Assembly: GCA_963820525.1 (NCBI GenBank)
Contig: CAWGAA010000002.1
Span: 384,001-448,000 of the forward strand
Direction: 5' to 3'
Origin: an uncultured Spirochaetota bacterium
GTDB taxonomy: Bacteria; Spirochaetota; Spirochaetia; SZUA-6; Fen-1364
DNA: 64,000 nt
Shown: positions 22,330 through 31,223 of the stretch, piece by piece
How the letters are laid out: each line of letters opens with the position of its first letter
How positions within the stretch are numbered: the stretch's first letter is position 1
Made by a program: the position numbers and the translations under genes
The notes under the pieces: model-generated
What the model was told of the DNA's origin: nothing
Databases searched by the model: none
Seen by the model: only the letters and a program-made list of their open reading frames with translations

Positions 22330-22463
22330 CAAGATTTGATCGCATTAATCTGGAAAACTACCAGCTCAATATATCTGAAAGCTATAAATGATATAAATTC
22401 TGGAAAAATCTTTTAATCTCGGCCCAAGCGTCCGCATCGCCATGCAAAGAAGCGAATAGAGCC

Positions 22464-22492
22464 TTGACAAGGGCTCCTTTCTCGTTTACTAT
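22464..22492 (+). promoter_or_regulatory. sigma70 promoter of rny (TTGACA-N17-TACTAT)
   Basis: Near-consensus elements 35 nt upstream of the ATG. Confidence 0.75.
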
Positions 22493-22526
22493 TTATGTGC
22501 ACTATAGATCCAGGTGGAGGAAGAAG

Positions 22527-24056
22527 ATGGGCCTTGCATTGTACTTTATTCTTCCTCTCGCCGGTTTGTTTCTAGGTTGGACAATTCGATGGCTTTACGC
22601 GCGTTTTCAGCTTTCTTCATCGGAGCAAAGGGCTTCGCGAATCGTCCACGAAGCCCTCAGAGAAGCGGAGGCGAAGAAAAAAGAGGCGATACTTGAGAGC
22701 AAAGACCAGCTGTTGCGGGAGCGCAATCAGCTGGAAAAGGAGACACGCGAAAGGAGAATTGAGCTCCAGCGCCTTGAGCGCCGTTTGTTGCAGAAGGAAG
22801 AGAACCTAGATAAGCGTGTAGAGTCTTTCGAAAAGCAAGAAAGAACCGTCAGTAACCGGGAGAGGGCAGCTACAGAGAAGGAAGAGGTACTCAAGCAGGA
22901 AGAACAGCGGCTAGCCGCGGAACTTGAGAGGATATCGGGTCTCACCAGGGCGGAGGCGAAAAAACTCCTTATTCAAAGCCTGGAAAACGAGGCCAAGCAC
23001 GACGCGCAGATAACGATCAATCTCATCGAGCAAGAGGCCAAACTCACCGCGGACAAGAAGGCGCGGGACATTCTCGTCACGACCATTCAGCGTCTGGCTA
23101 CGGATGTAGCATCCGAGGTCACCGTCACGACGGTGAGTCTCCCCAACGACGAGATGAAGGGGAGGATCATCGGTCGTGAGGGAAGGAACATCAGGACGCT
23201 GGAGACCCTCACAGGCGTGGATGTCATAATCGATGATACCCCCGAGGCCGTCGTCATTTCCTGCTTCGACCCCATCCGACGAGAGATCGCAAAGACGGCG
23301 CTCAGCCGGCTGATCTCGGATGGACGCATCCACCCCGCGCGAATCGAGGAGATCGTCCAGAAGGTCACCAAAGAGGTCACCCAGACCATCTACGAGGAAG
23401 GGGAGCGTGTGCTCTTCGAGGTGGGGATCCATAACATGAGCCCCGAGGGCATACGCGCGCTCGGCAGGCTCCACTACAGAACCAGCTACGGCCAGAACGT
23501 CCTCTCCCACTCCAAGGAAGTGGCCATGATCGCGGGCATGATCGCGGCCGAGGTGGGGGGGAACGTGGAGTTCGCCAAGCGGGCTGCCCTTCTGCACGAC
23601 ATCGGCAAGGGCGTGGAGGCGGACGGCGACGGCAACCACATCGAGATCGGCATGGAACTGGCGCGCAAGCTCGGCGAAGATTCCCGGGTGATCAATGCCA
23701 TCGGGGCGCACCACGGGGACGTGGAGCCGGAGAGCATCGAGGCCGTGATCGTGCAGATCGCGGACGCCGTTTCGGCGTCCCGCCCCGGCGCGCGCAAGGA
23801 AACCCTCGACAATTACCTCAAGAGGCTCGAAAACCTCGAGAAGATAGCGGAGGAGTTCGAGGGGGTGGACAAGGCGTACGCCATCCAGGCCGGCCGGGAG
23901 CTTCGCATCCTGGTGAACAACGAGAAGATCAGCGACGAGGCCGCCAAGGAGCTGGCGAAGAGCATCGCCAAGAGGATCGAGAGCGAGCTGAAGTACCCCG
24001 GCCGGATCAAGGTCACGATCATCCGCGAGATGCGCGTGGTCGAGTATGCCCGATAG
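22527..24056 (+). CDS. rny: Ribonuclease Y
   Basis: N-terminal TM, coiled coil, KH domain ([14 protein letters not shown]), HD domain (LLHDIGK); SD GGAGG before ATG 22527. Confidence 0.97.
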   Translation: MGLALYFILPLAGLFLGWTIRWLYARFQLSSSEQRASRIVHEALREAEAKKKEAILESKDQLLRERNQLEKETRERRIELQRLERRLLQKEENLDKRVESFEKQERTVSNRERAATEKEEVLKQEEQRLAAELERISGLTRAEAKKLLIQSLENEAKHDAQITINLIEQEAKLTADKKARDILVTTIQRLATDVASEVTVTTVSLPNDEMKGRIIGREGRNIRTLETLTGVDVIIDDTPEAVVISCFDPIRREIAKTALSRLISDGRIHPARIEEIVQKVTKEVTQTIYEEGERVLFEVGIHNMSPEGIRALGRLHYRTSYGQNVLSHSKEVAMIAGMIAAEVGGNVEFAKRAALLHDIGKGVEADGDGNHIEIGMELARKLGEDSRVINAIGAHHGDVEPESIEAVIVQIADAVSASRPGARKETLDNYLKRLENLEKIAEEFEGVDKAYAIQAGRELRILVNNEKISDEAAKELAKSIAKRIESELKYPGRIKVTIIREMRVVEYAR

Positions 24057-24079
24057 CGGCCGAGCCTGAGATTCGGGAC

Positions 24080-24874
24080 GTGGCGGAGAAACTGAGAACC
24101 CTGATCCTCGGCGACGTTGTCGGACAGCCGGGGTGCAGGGCTCTTTTTGTCGGCCTCGCGGATCTGGTGAGGAAGTATGGCGCGGACCTCGTGGTGGTCA
24201 ACGGGGAGAATGCCGCGGATGGATTCGGCATGACGCCGGACATTGTCGACCGCTTCTTCAAGTCCGGGGTTCACGTGATCACGTCGGGCAACCACATCTG
24301 GCAGCGGCGGGAGATCTTCCCGACTCTGCAGACCAACGACCGCCTCCTCAGGCCCGAGAACTACCCCGTCGGAGTCCCCGGCAAGGGCTCCTGCCTGCTC
24401 ACGGTCCGGGACACGCCCGTCCTGGTCGTGAACCTCGAGGGCAGGGTGAATCTCTCTCCCCTGCGCTGTCCATTTTTGGTCGGCAAGTCCATCGTCAAGC
24501 AGCACCGCTCCAAGGCGCGGATCATCATCGTCGATTTCCACGCGGAGTCCGTGGAAGAGAAGGAAGCCCTCGGGATCTTCCTCGACGGGGAAGTGAGCGC
24601 CGTCGTGGGCACCCACACCCACGTTCAGACCGCAGACGAACGGATCCTTTCCCATGGAACGGCTTACATCAGCGACATCGGAATGATCGGCCCCATCGAC
24701 AGCGTGATCGGCATGCGGCGGGAAACCGCGGTGCTGCGCGGCCTGAGCCAGATGCCCCTCAAGATGGAGGTGCAGAACAGCCCCGCGGAGATCATGGGCG
24801 TGTTCCTGGAGATCGATCCGGCCGGCGGAAAGGCGACCCGTATCGAGCGGGTGCGGGAGAAATCCCCGATCTGA
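24080..24874 (+). CDS. ymdB: YmdB-family (TIGR00282) metallophosphoesterase
   Basis: GDVVG, NGENAA, TSGNH, DFHAE, GTHTHVQTAD; downstream of rny. Confidence 0.93.
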   Translation: MAEKLRTLILGDVVGQPGCRALFVGLADLVRKYGADLVVVNGENAADGFGMTPDIVDRFFKSGVHVITSGNHIWQRREIFPTLQTNDRLLRPENYPVGVPGKGSCLLTVRDTPVLVVNLEGRVNLSPLRCPFLVGKSIVKQHRSKARIIIVDFHAESVEEKEALGIFLDGEVSAVVGTHTHVQTADERILSHGTAYISDIGMIGPIDSVIGMRRETAVLRGLSQMPLKMEVQNSPAEIMGVFLEIDPAGGKATRIERVREKSPI

Positions 24875-24875
24875 A

Positions 24876-25658
24876 ATGGGAAAGCTCACCCTCCTGGAGC
24901 TTCTCAAGCTTCGCTTCCCGTCCGCGAGCGAACGGGAGCTGTTCGCCGCGGTGCTGCGCGGCGAAGTGGCGGCGGACGGCCGTACCCTGCTGAAGCCCGG
25001 CGCACCGGTGGACGCCGAGAGCGATCTCACGCTGAAACAGCCCAGACGCTTCGCTTCCCGCGGCGGGGAAAAGCTCGCCCATGCCCTTGCCGCCTGGCAC
25101 TACGACGTGCGGGGCAAGGTATTTCTCGACGCCGGATGCTCGACGGGGGGCTTCACGGACTGCCTCCTCAAGAACGGGGCCTCCCGCGTTTACAGCGTCG
25201 ACGTGGGGCTCAACCTGCTGGACTGGCGGCTTCGAAGCGATGAGCGGGTGACGGTCATGGAGCGCACCAACGTGATGAGCCTGTCCCGAGCCTCCTTCTC
25301 CCCGTGTCCCGACCAGGCGGTGGCCGACCTTTCCTTCCGATCCCTGCGGGGGGCCGCTGCGCATATTCTCGGCCTCACGTCGGAGGGGCGCGGCATCTTC
25401 CTGGTCAAGCCGCAGTTCGAATGGGATGACCCACCCGCAGATTTCCATGGCGTGGTCACGGGGAGGGCCCGGCTGCTCGCGATTCTCCAGGAGCTATTCA
25501 GCCGCCTTCAGGGGGAAGGGGTGTTCCCCATGAAGGGAACTCTCTCTCCCATCCGCGGCAGGAAAGGAAACCGCGAGCTGCTCTTTCTCCTCTCCACCTC
25601 GGAAGGCGTGGAGCAGGAAGCGCTCCGGCGGATGCTCGACGAGCTAGTCCTGGAATGA
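24876..25658 (+). CDS. tlyA: TlyA-family rRNA 2'-O-methyltransferase / hemolysin A
   Basis: SRGGEKL, DAGCSTGGFTD, DLSF, LVKPQFE, GRKGNRE. Confidence 0.93.
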   Translation: MGKLTLLELLKLRFPSASERELFAAVLRGEVAADGRTLLKPGAPVDAESDLTLKQPRRFASRGGEKLAHALAAWHYDVRGKVFLDAGCSTGGFTDCLLKNGASRVYSVDVGLNLLDWRLRSDERVTVMERTNVMSLSRASFSPCPDQAVADLSFRSLRGAAAHILGLTSEGRGIFLVKPQFEWDDPPADFHGVVTGRARLLAILQELFSRLQGEGVFPMKGTLSPIRGRKGNRELLFLLSTSEGVEQEALRRMLDELVLE

Positions 25659-26396
25659 CAGGCGGCCGAGGGGGGCGTCGATCCTGATGCCTTCCGGCCC
25701 CAGGTACTGGACCTTCTTCCCCTCGATGAGGATCTGAACCTTCTTGACCGTGGGAAACTCGGTGGCGGCGAACACGATCTGCCGCAGCTGTGCATTGAGG
25801 CCTTCCCTGCCCAGGGTATTGAATCGGAAGCTTTCGTTGAAATCGATGTATGCGGTGTCTCCCCGGACCGTGACGCCGCGCAGCTTCGTGCCCGCGGGGA
25901 TCATCGTGAGGAAACCCAGGTTCACCTCGGAAGAGGTGGGGCCCTGGAGCAGGCTCTGCAGAGTGTCACGCAAAGGCGAGTCGCTGGCCGGGATGGGCCT
26001 GATCACGCCCTTGAGGACGATCTTTCCGTTGGTATCCACGCTGGCGAAGAAGAGGCGCTGCTTTCGGACGGCGGGCTTCTCGACAGCCGCTGATGGAGGC
26101 TGGATTTGAGGCGCGGGAACCGGCTGCTTCCTGGGCTCGGGCTGCGCTTTATCGCCGCTCTCGGTCCCACTGCCGCCCGCCGCCGGGGCCGACGGAGGGT
26201 TTGAGTCCTCCTTTTCCTTCTCAGGAAGGGGTTTCATGGTCACTTCGGGGGCGGGTGAGGTCTTTTTGCCGCCGAAAAGCTCGTCCAGGGCCTTCTGGAT
26301 GGGCTCCCGGGCGGCAATTGCGGCAATGACGAGCACGATCACGAGGGAAGCCCAGAAAAGGCATCCCGTTGCAAGGCTTTTCTTTTTCCGCGCCAT
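25644..26396 (-). CDS. GerMN-domain membrane-anchored protein
   Basis: MARKKKS + TM + Pro-rich linker; LLQGPT..E...IPAGTKL...AYIDF...QIVFAATEFPTVKKVQILIEG. The longer ORF-track version is an antisense extension over ptsI. Confidence 0.88.
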   Translation of the reverse strand: MARKKKSLATGCLFWASLVIVLVIAAIAAREPIQKALDELFGGKKTSPAPEVTMKPLPEKEKEDSNPPSAPAAGGSGTESGDKAQPEPRKQPVPAPQIQPPSAAVEKPAVRKQRLFFASVDTNGKIVLKGVIRPIPASDSPLRDTLQSLLQGPTSSEVNLGFLTMIPAGTKLRGVTVRGDTAYIDFNESFRFNTLGREGLNAQLRQIVFAATEFPTVKKVQILIEGKKVQYLGPEGIRIDAPLGRLSFQD

Positions 26397-26421
26397 TATC
26401 TCACTGTAAAGATCGGCTAAT

Positions 26422-26450
26422 TTGACAGGCTCATTGAATCCCGCTATACT
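26422..26450 (+). promoter_or_regulatory. sigma70 promoter of the ptsI operon (TTGACA-N17-TATACT)
   Basis: Near-perfect consensus; ATG lies 9 nt after the -10 box. Confidence 0.75.
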
Positions 26451-26459
26451 CACCGCGCC

Positions 26460-28181
26460 ATGGTGGAGCTCGCGGGGATCAGCGCCTCTCCGGGAATAGC
26501 GCTGGGAACGGTATTCCTGTTCCTTGAGGAGAAGCTCACCGTCCCCAAGTACGAAATCTCCCCCGCCCAGGCTGCATTCGAATACGAGAGGTTCCTCGCC
26601 GCCGTGCGCGCCGCTCACGACGAGGTCGAAGGCCTCGCCAATGGCAGGGGGAACAGCCTCCTGGAACCCCAGCTCCTCATGTTCGACGATCCCGAGTTCC
26701 ACGATTCGATCCGCCGGGGCCTCGATTCCGGCGGAAAGAACGTCGAATGGGTTCTCCTGCAGACCATCGACGCCCTCTCCGCGAAACTGGGGAACTCTCC
26801 CAGCGCCTACCTCAAGGAGCGGGCGGTTGACTTGCACGACGTCGGCCGGCGGATCATGAACCACCTCTTGTACCGCGAGCGGCCGAGCCTCTCTTCGATT
26901 GCCGATCCCGTGATCCTGGTGGCCCACAACCTCATGCCCTCGGATGCGCTCGCGCTGAACAAGCGCCTCGTTCTCGGGATAGCGACAGACGTGGGAGGAA
27001 AGACCTCGCATACGGCCATCCTCGCCCGCTCGATCGAGATTCCCGCGGTGCTCGGCCTTTCCGACGTGAGCCAACGCGTGAAACCCGGGGACGAGCTGGT
27101 GGTCGATGGAAACCGCGGGATGGTTCTCATCAACCCCGACAAAAAGGCCCGCTCGCTGTACCAGAAGCGCAAGAGCGAGTGGGAGCAAAAGTACATCTTG
27201 TTGAAGGAGCTGGTGGACCTGCCGGCGGAGACGCGTGACGGCAAGCTCGTCCAGCTTGACGCGAACATCGAGATGCCCGAGGAGGTCCACTCCGTTCTCA
27301 CCCACGGCGCGGACGGCATCGGGCTTTTCCGCTCCGAGTTTCTCTTCCTTCAGCCCGGCCGGTTTCCCACGGAGGAGGATCAGTACGGCGCCTACTGCAC
27401 CGTGCTCAAGGCCATGGGCAGCAGAAGCGTGACGATCAGGACGCTGGACCTCGGCGGGGAGAAGGTGATGCCCGGTTTCCCCGTGGGATCGGAGGCCAAC
27501 CCCATCCTCGGCTGGCGGGCCATCAGGTTCTGCCTGGCGCGGCCGGAGATCTTCAAGATCCAGCTTCGAGCGCTCCTGCGCTCATCGGTTCACGGGAACC
27601 TGCGGATCATGTACCCCCTCATCTCGGGGGCCGGCGAGCTGGACCTGATATCGGCGCTCCTCGCGGACGTCAAGATGGAGCTTGCCAGGGACGGCATCCC
27701 CTTCCGCCAGGATATCCCCATGGGGATCATGATCGAGGTGCCGTCCGCCGCCATCACCTCCGACATCCTGGCCTCCAAGGCCGATTTCTTCTCCATCGGG
27801 ACAAACGATCTCATCCAGTACGCCCTGGCCGTGGACCGCGGCAATGAGCGCGTCGCGTACCTCTACGAGCCCTTCCATCCCGGAGTGCTGCGCCTGATCA
27901 AGATGACCATTGACAACGCCCATGCGCACGGAGTGCCCGTGGGGATGTGCGGCGAGATGGCCGGAGATCCCCTGGCCACGGTCGTTCTGCTCGGCCTCGG
28001 GCTGGACAGCTTCTCCATGGGCGCCATCGGCATCCCCCTCATCAAGAGGATCATCCGCTCCGTCGGCGCCATGGAAGCCGAGGCATTCGTGCGGTCCCTC
28101 CTGCCGATGCAGTCGGGGAGGGAGATCGAGTCCGCCGTGCGCGGCTGGATGGGTGAGCGTTTTGACTTCATCTCCTCGTGA
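26460..28181 (+). CDS. ptsI: PTS enzyme I (PEP-protein phosphotransferase)
   Basis: GGKTSHTAILAR phospho-His, GIGLFRSEF, RTLDLGG, FSIGTNDL, GMCGE. Confidence 0.96.
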   Translation: MVELAGISASPGIALGTVFLFLEEKLTVPKYEISPAQAAFEYERFLAAVRAAHDEVEGLANGRGNSLLEPQLLMFDDPEFHDSIRRGLDSGGKNVEWVLLQTIDALSAKLGNSPSAYLKERAVDLHDVGRRIMNHLLYRERPSLSSIADPVILVAHNLMPSDALALNKRLVLGIATDVGGKTSHTAILARSIEIPAVLGLSDVSQRVKPGDELVVDGNRGMVLINPDKKARSLYQKRKSEWEQKYILLKELVDLPAETRDGKLVQLDANIEMPEEVHSVLTHGADGIGLFRSEFLFLQPGRFPTEEDQYGAYCTVLKAMGSRSVTIRTLDLGGEKVMPGFPVGSEANPILGWRAIRFCLARPEIFKIQLRALLRSSVHGNLRIMYPLISGAGELDLISALLADVKMELARDGIPFRQDIPMGIMIEVPSAAITSDILASKADFFSIGTNDLIQYALAVDRGNERVAYLYEPFHPGVLRLIKMTIDNAHAHGVPVGMCGEMAGDPLATVVLLGLGLDSFSMGAIGIPLIKRIIRSVGAMEAEAFVRSLLPMQSGREIESAVRGWMGERFDFISS

Positions 28182-29526
28182 AGCCCGGCTTCCCCGGGTG
28201 GCCATCCTGGGCAGACCCAACGTCGGGAAATCGACGCTCTTCAATGCCCTGATCGGGCGGCGCCGCGCGATCACGCACTCCTCGCCGGGCGTCACCCGCG
28301 ATCCGATCGAGGTCGAATGCGCATTCGATGGGCGGAGAATCCTCCTTGTGGACACGGGCGGGTACAAGGTGGAGCGCAATGAGCTGGACGAGCAGGTCGC
28401 ATCGAGAAGCCTCGCCTCCGCGCGGGAGGCGGACCTCGTCCTTCTCGTTCTGGAGGCGGGCCTGACGAACGCCGAGGACGAGAGCTTCATCGAGCGGCTG
28501 CGTCCCCTCGCGGACAGGCTCATCCTCGTGGTGAACAAGGTCGACACTCCGGAGCGCGAGGCCCTGGTGTGGAACTTCCATGCCTACGGGTTTCCCACGG
28601 TCATCGGGGTTTCGGCGGCGCACAACAGGAACCTCGACGAGCTGAAGCGCCGCGTGGCATCGATGCTGGGGCCCGAGGCTGCCGGCGGGAATGAAGCTCG
28701 CCCGGGCGCCCTGGTCCCCGACGAAGGGATCGTGCGGGTCGCGATCCTGGGAAAGCCCAATGCGGGCAAATCGAGCCTCGCCAACGCGCTGTTGGGCGAG
28801 GAAAAGTCGATCGTATCCCCCATACCGGGAACCACGCGCGACGTGGTTGAGGGACGTTTCACCTACAGGAGGACGCTCTTCCGTATCCTGGACACGGCGG
28901 GCATCAGGCGGAGAACCCGCGTGCGGGAATCGGTGGAGTACTACTCCGTTTCCCGCGCGGTGGAGAGCGTGCGGCAGGCCGACATCGTATTCCTCCTCAT
29001 CGATTCCGCCGAGGGGCTTGCAGACCAGGACAAGAAGATCGCCTCCTACGCCATCGAAAAGGGCAGGGGGATAGTCCTCGTGCTCAGCAAGTGGGACCTG
29101 CAGGCGTCGGGCAGGAGCCGCGAGCGGGAAGCGCGCGAACGGGTGCGTTTCCTTTTCCCCGTTCTCGGCTTCGCACCGCTGGTCGCGGTCTCCGCCGTGA
29201 AGGGGACCGGCGTGAAGAAGCTTCTGGACACCGCGCTGGAAATCAAACGCCAGCTCGACCTGCGGGTGGGCACGGGAAGGCTCAACCAGGCTCTCGGCGA
29301 GTGGACTGCCCACTATCCGCTTCCCGTTCGGGGAAAGAACTTCAAGATCCGTTTCGCTACCCAGATTTCGGTGAACCCCGTGCGGTTCGTGGTCTTCGTC
29401 AACAGGCTGGCCGGATTCCCCGTCTCCTATTCGCAGTACCTGGAAAACTGCATCCGCCGGGACCTCGGATTCAGCCAGGTCCCCGTGGACATCGAGCTGC
29501 GCCAGAGCAAGAAACCCAAGAGATGA
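28162..29526 (+). CDS. der: Ribosome biogenesis GTPase Der (EngA)
   Basis: Two G domains (GRPNVGKS/DTGG/NKVD and GKPNAGKS/DTAG/SKWD); start uncertain (TTG 28162 or GTG 28153). Confidence 0.95.
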   Translation: MTSSPREARLPRVAILGRPNVGKSTLFNALIGRRRAITHSSPGVTRDPIEVECAFDGRRILLVDTGGYKVERNELDEQVASRSLASAREADLVLLVLEAGLTNAEDESFIERLRPLADRLILVVNKVDTPEREALVWNFHAYGFPTVIGVSAAHNRNLDELKRRVASMLGPEAAGGNEARPGALVPDEGIVRVAILGKPNAGKSSLANALLGEEKSIVSPIPGTTRDVVEGRFTYRRTLFRILDTAGIRRRTRVRESVEYYSVSRAVESVRQADIVFLLIDSAEGLADQDKKIASYAIEKGRGIVLVLSKWDLQASGRSREREARERVRFLFPVLGFAPLVAVSAVKGTGVKKLLDTALEIKRQLDLRVGTGRLNQALGEWTAHYPLPVRGKNFKIRFATQISVNPVRFVVFVNRLAGFPVSYSQYLENCIRRDLGFSQVPVDIELRQSKKPKR

Positions 29527-31223
29527 AACGGTACAGCATCGGGGAAGTGGCGAAGCTTCTGGGAGTCAAGCCCTACATCATCCGCTACTGGGAAAGCGAG
29601 CTTCCCCTGCTGGCACCGGGGAAGTCTCACTCCGGGCGGCGCGCCTACTCTTCGCGCGAGGTCCAGCTCCTCATGCGGTTCAAGCACTTTCTTTATGGAA
29701 GGAAGTTCACGGTGGAGGGGGCCAAGCGGAGGATGTGGGAAGAGTTGGGAGGAGTGGCCCCGGATACCGCGGCGAAGATCTCGGAGATCCGGGGGGAGCT
29801 TATCGATGCACTCATGCTGATGCAGGGGAGGAAAGCGGAGGAGATGACGGAACACGACATCAGGGAAAGGTTCACCGTTCTCGGGCAAGGGCACCTTTTC
29901 GATCACTGGGGCGAGAGGCCGCAGGAGATGCAGCGGCGGCTCCTGGACGACCTGGAATCTCTCGACCTCTCGGTGCTCCAGGCCCTCAGACAAAAGCTTG
30001 AAAGCGATCCGGAGCCGCGCGGCCGCATCGGCCCCGTGGGATACGTGAAAAAGGAGGAGGCCCGCTCCGACGCCGAGGCCAGGCTCCAGGGAGAGAGGAT
30101 CATCCGGGAGGGAAAAACCGCCCTGCTCACCGTTGCGGGAGGACAGGGATCGCGGCTCGGATTCGAGGGCCCCAAGGGGATGTTCCCCATCTCTCCCATC
30201 CGCAAGCTCACCCTCTTCGAGATCTTCGCCGAAAAGCTCCTGGCCGCCCGCCGCCGCTTCGGCTGCGCGATGCCCTGGCTGATCATGACGAGCCCCCAGA
30301 ATCACGCCGCCACCCGGGAGTACTTCGAAACCCGGGGATACTTCGGCCTTGGCGGCTCCACCGTCTCATTCTTCACCCAGGGGGTTCTGCCTTCCCTGAC
30401 GCCCGAAGGGAAGCTCCTCATGGCCGCAGACGGCGGCCTGTTCTTCAACCCCAATGGGCATGGCGGGGTCGTCTCGGGGCTTCGCGCATCCGGCCTGCTG
30501 GAGGAGATGCGGAAGCAGGGCGTGGAAGAGCTGTTCACCTTCCAGGTGGACAATCCCCTGGTCACGGTGCCCGATCCCGTCTTCCTGGGATTTCACAAAC
30601 GGTTACGGTCGCAGATATCGTCGAAAGTCATCGAGAAGGTCTTCCCCGAGGAGCGGCTGGGCACAATCGGAACCATCGATGGAAAGCCCGCCGTCATCGA
30701 GTACTCGGATCTGAGCCCCGAGATCATGAGCGCGCGGGACTCTGCCGGGAAGCTTCAGTATCCGCAGGGATCCATCGCCATCCATATCCTCGCGTTGAGC
30801 TACCTTGAGAGCGCCCGCCTCTCTATGCCCTACCACCTGGCCAGGAAGAAGGTGAAGGCTCTCATCCCCACGGCCGGCGGGGCCGAAATTCAGGAGAGGG
30901 AGGCTATCAAGTTCGAGATGTTCATTTTTGACGCGATTCCCATGGCCGAGCGTGCCCTGTTTCTCGAAACGGATCGAGGGGAGGAGTTCGCCCCGCTGAA
31001 AAACAGGGAAGGCGTCGATTCCCTAGAGACATGCATCCGGGGCCAGATCGAGAAGTCCGCGCGCTGGCTGGAGGGATGCGGCGTCGGCGTGCCCCGGGAC
31101 GAGCGCGGCCTGTCCCGTCACGCAATCGAGATAAGCCCCCTGTTCGCGCTGGACAGGGAAGAGCTCGCCGACAAGCGGGCCTCCCTTGCCCAGAGGATTA
31201 CCGGTGATACGCTCCTTGCGTAG
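29523..31223 (+). CDS. MerR-type HTH domain fused to a UDPGP-family (UAP1-like) UDP-sugar pyrophosphorylase
   Basis: YSIGEVAKLLGV...IRYWE at N-terminus; AGGQGSRLG, PKG, PNGHGG, FQVDNP, EYSD, KFEMFIFD, EFAPLKN; ATGA overlap with der. Confidence 0.88.
   Translation: MKRYSIGEVAKLLGVKPYIIRYWESELPLLAPGKSHSGRRAYSSREVQLLMRFKHFLYGRKFTVEGAKRRMWEELGGVAPDTAAKISEIRGELIDALMLMQGRKAEEMTEHDIRERFTVLGQGHLFDHWGERPQEMQRRLLDDLESLDLSVLQALRQKLESDPEPRGRIGPVGYVKKEEARSDAEARLQGERIIREGKTALLTVAGGQGSRLGFEGPKGMFPISPIRKLTLFEIFAEKLLAARRRFGCAMPWLIMTSPQNHAATREYFETRGYFGLGGSTVSFFTQGVLPSLTPEGKLLMAADGGLFFNPNGHGGVVSGLRASGLLEEMRKQGVEELFTFQVDNPLVTVPDPVFLGFHKRLRSQISSKVIEKVFPEERLGTIGTIDGKPAVIEYSDLSPEIMSARDSAGKLQYPQGSIAIHILALSYLESARLSMPYHLARKKVKALIPTAGGAEIQEREAIKFEMFIFDAIPMAERALFLETDRGEEFAPLKNREGVDSLETCIRGQIEKSARWLEGCGVGVPRDERGLSRHAIEISPLFALDREELADKRASLAQRITGDTLLA

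Noticed and set aside
26397..27305. N-terminal extension of the GerMN ORF
   Set aside because: Antisense to ptsI; the real protein starts at MARKKK (26396).
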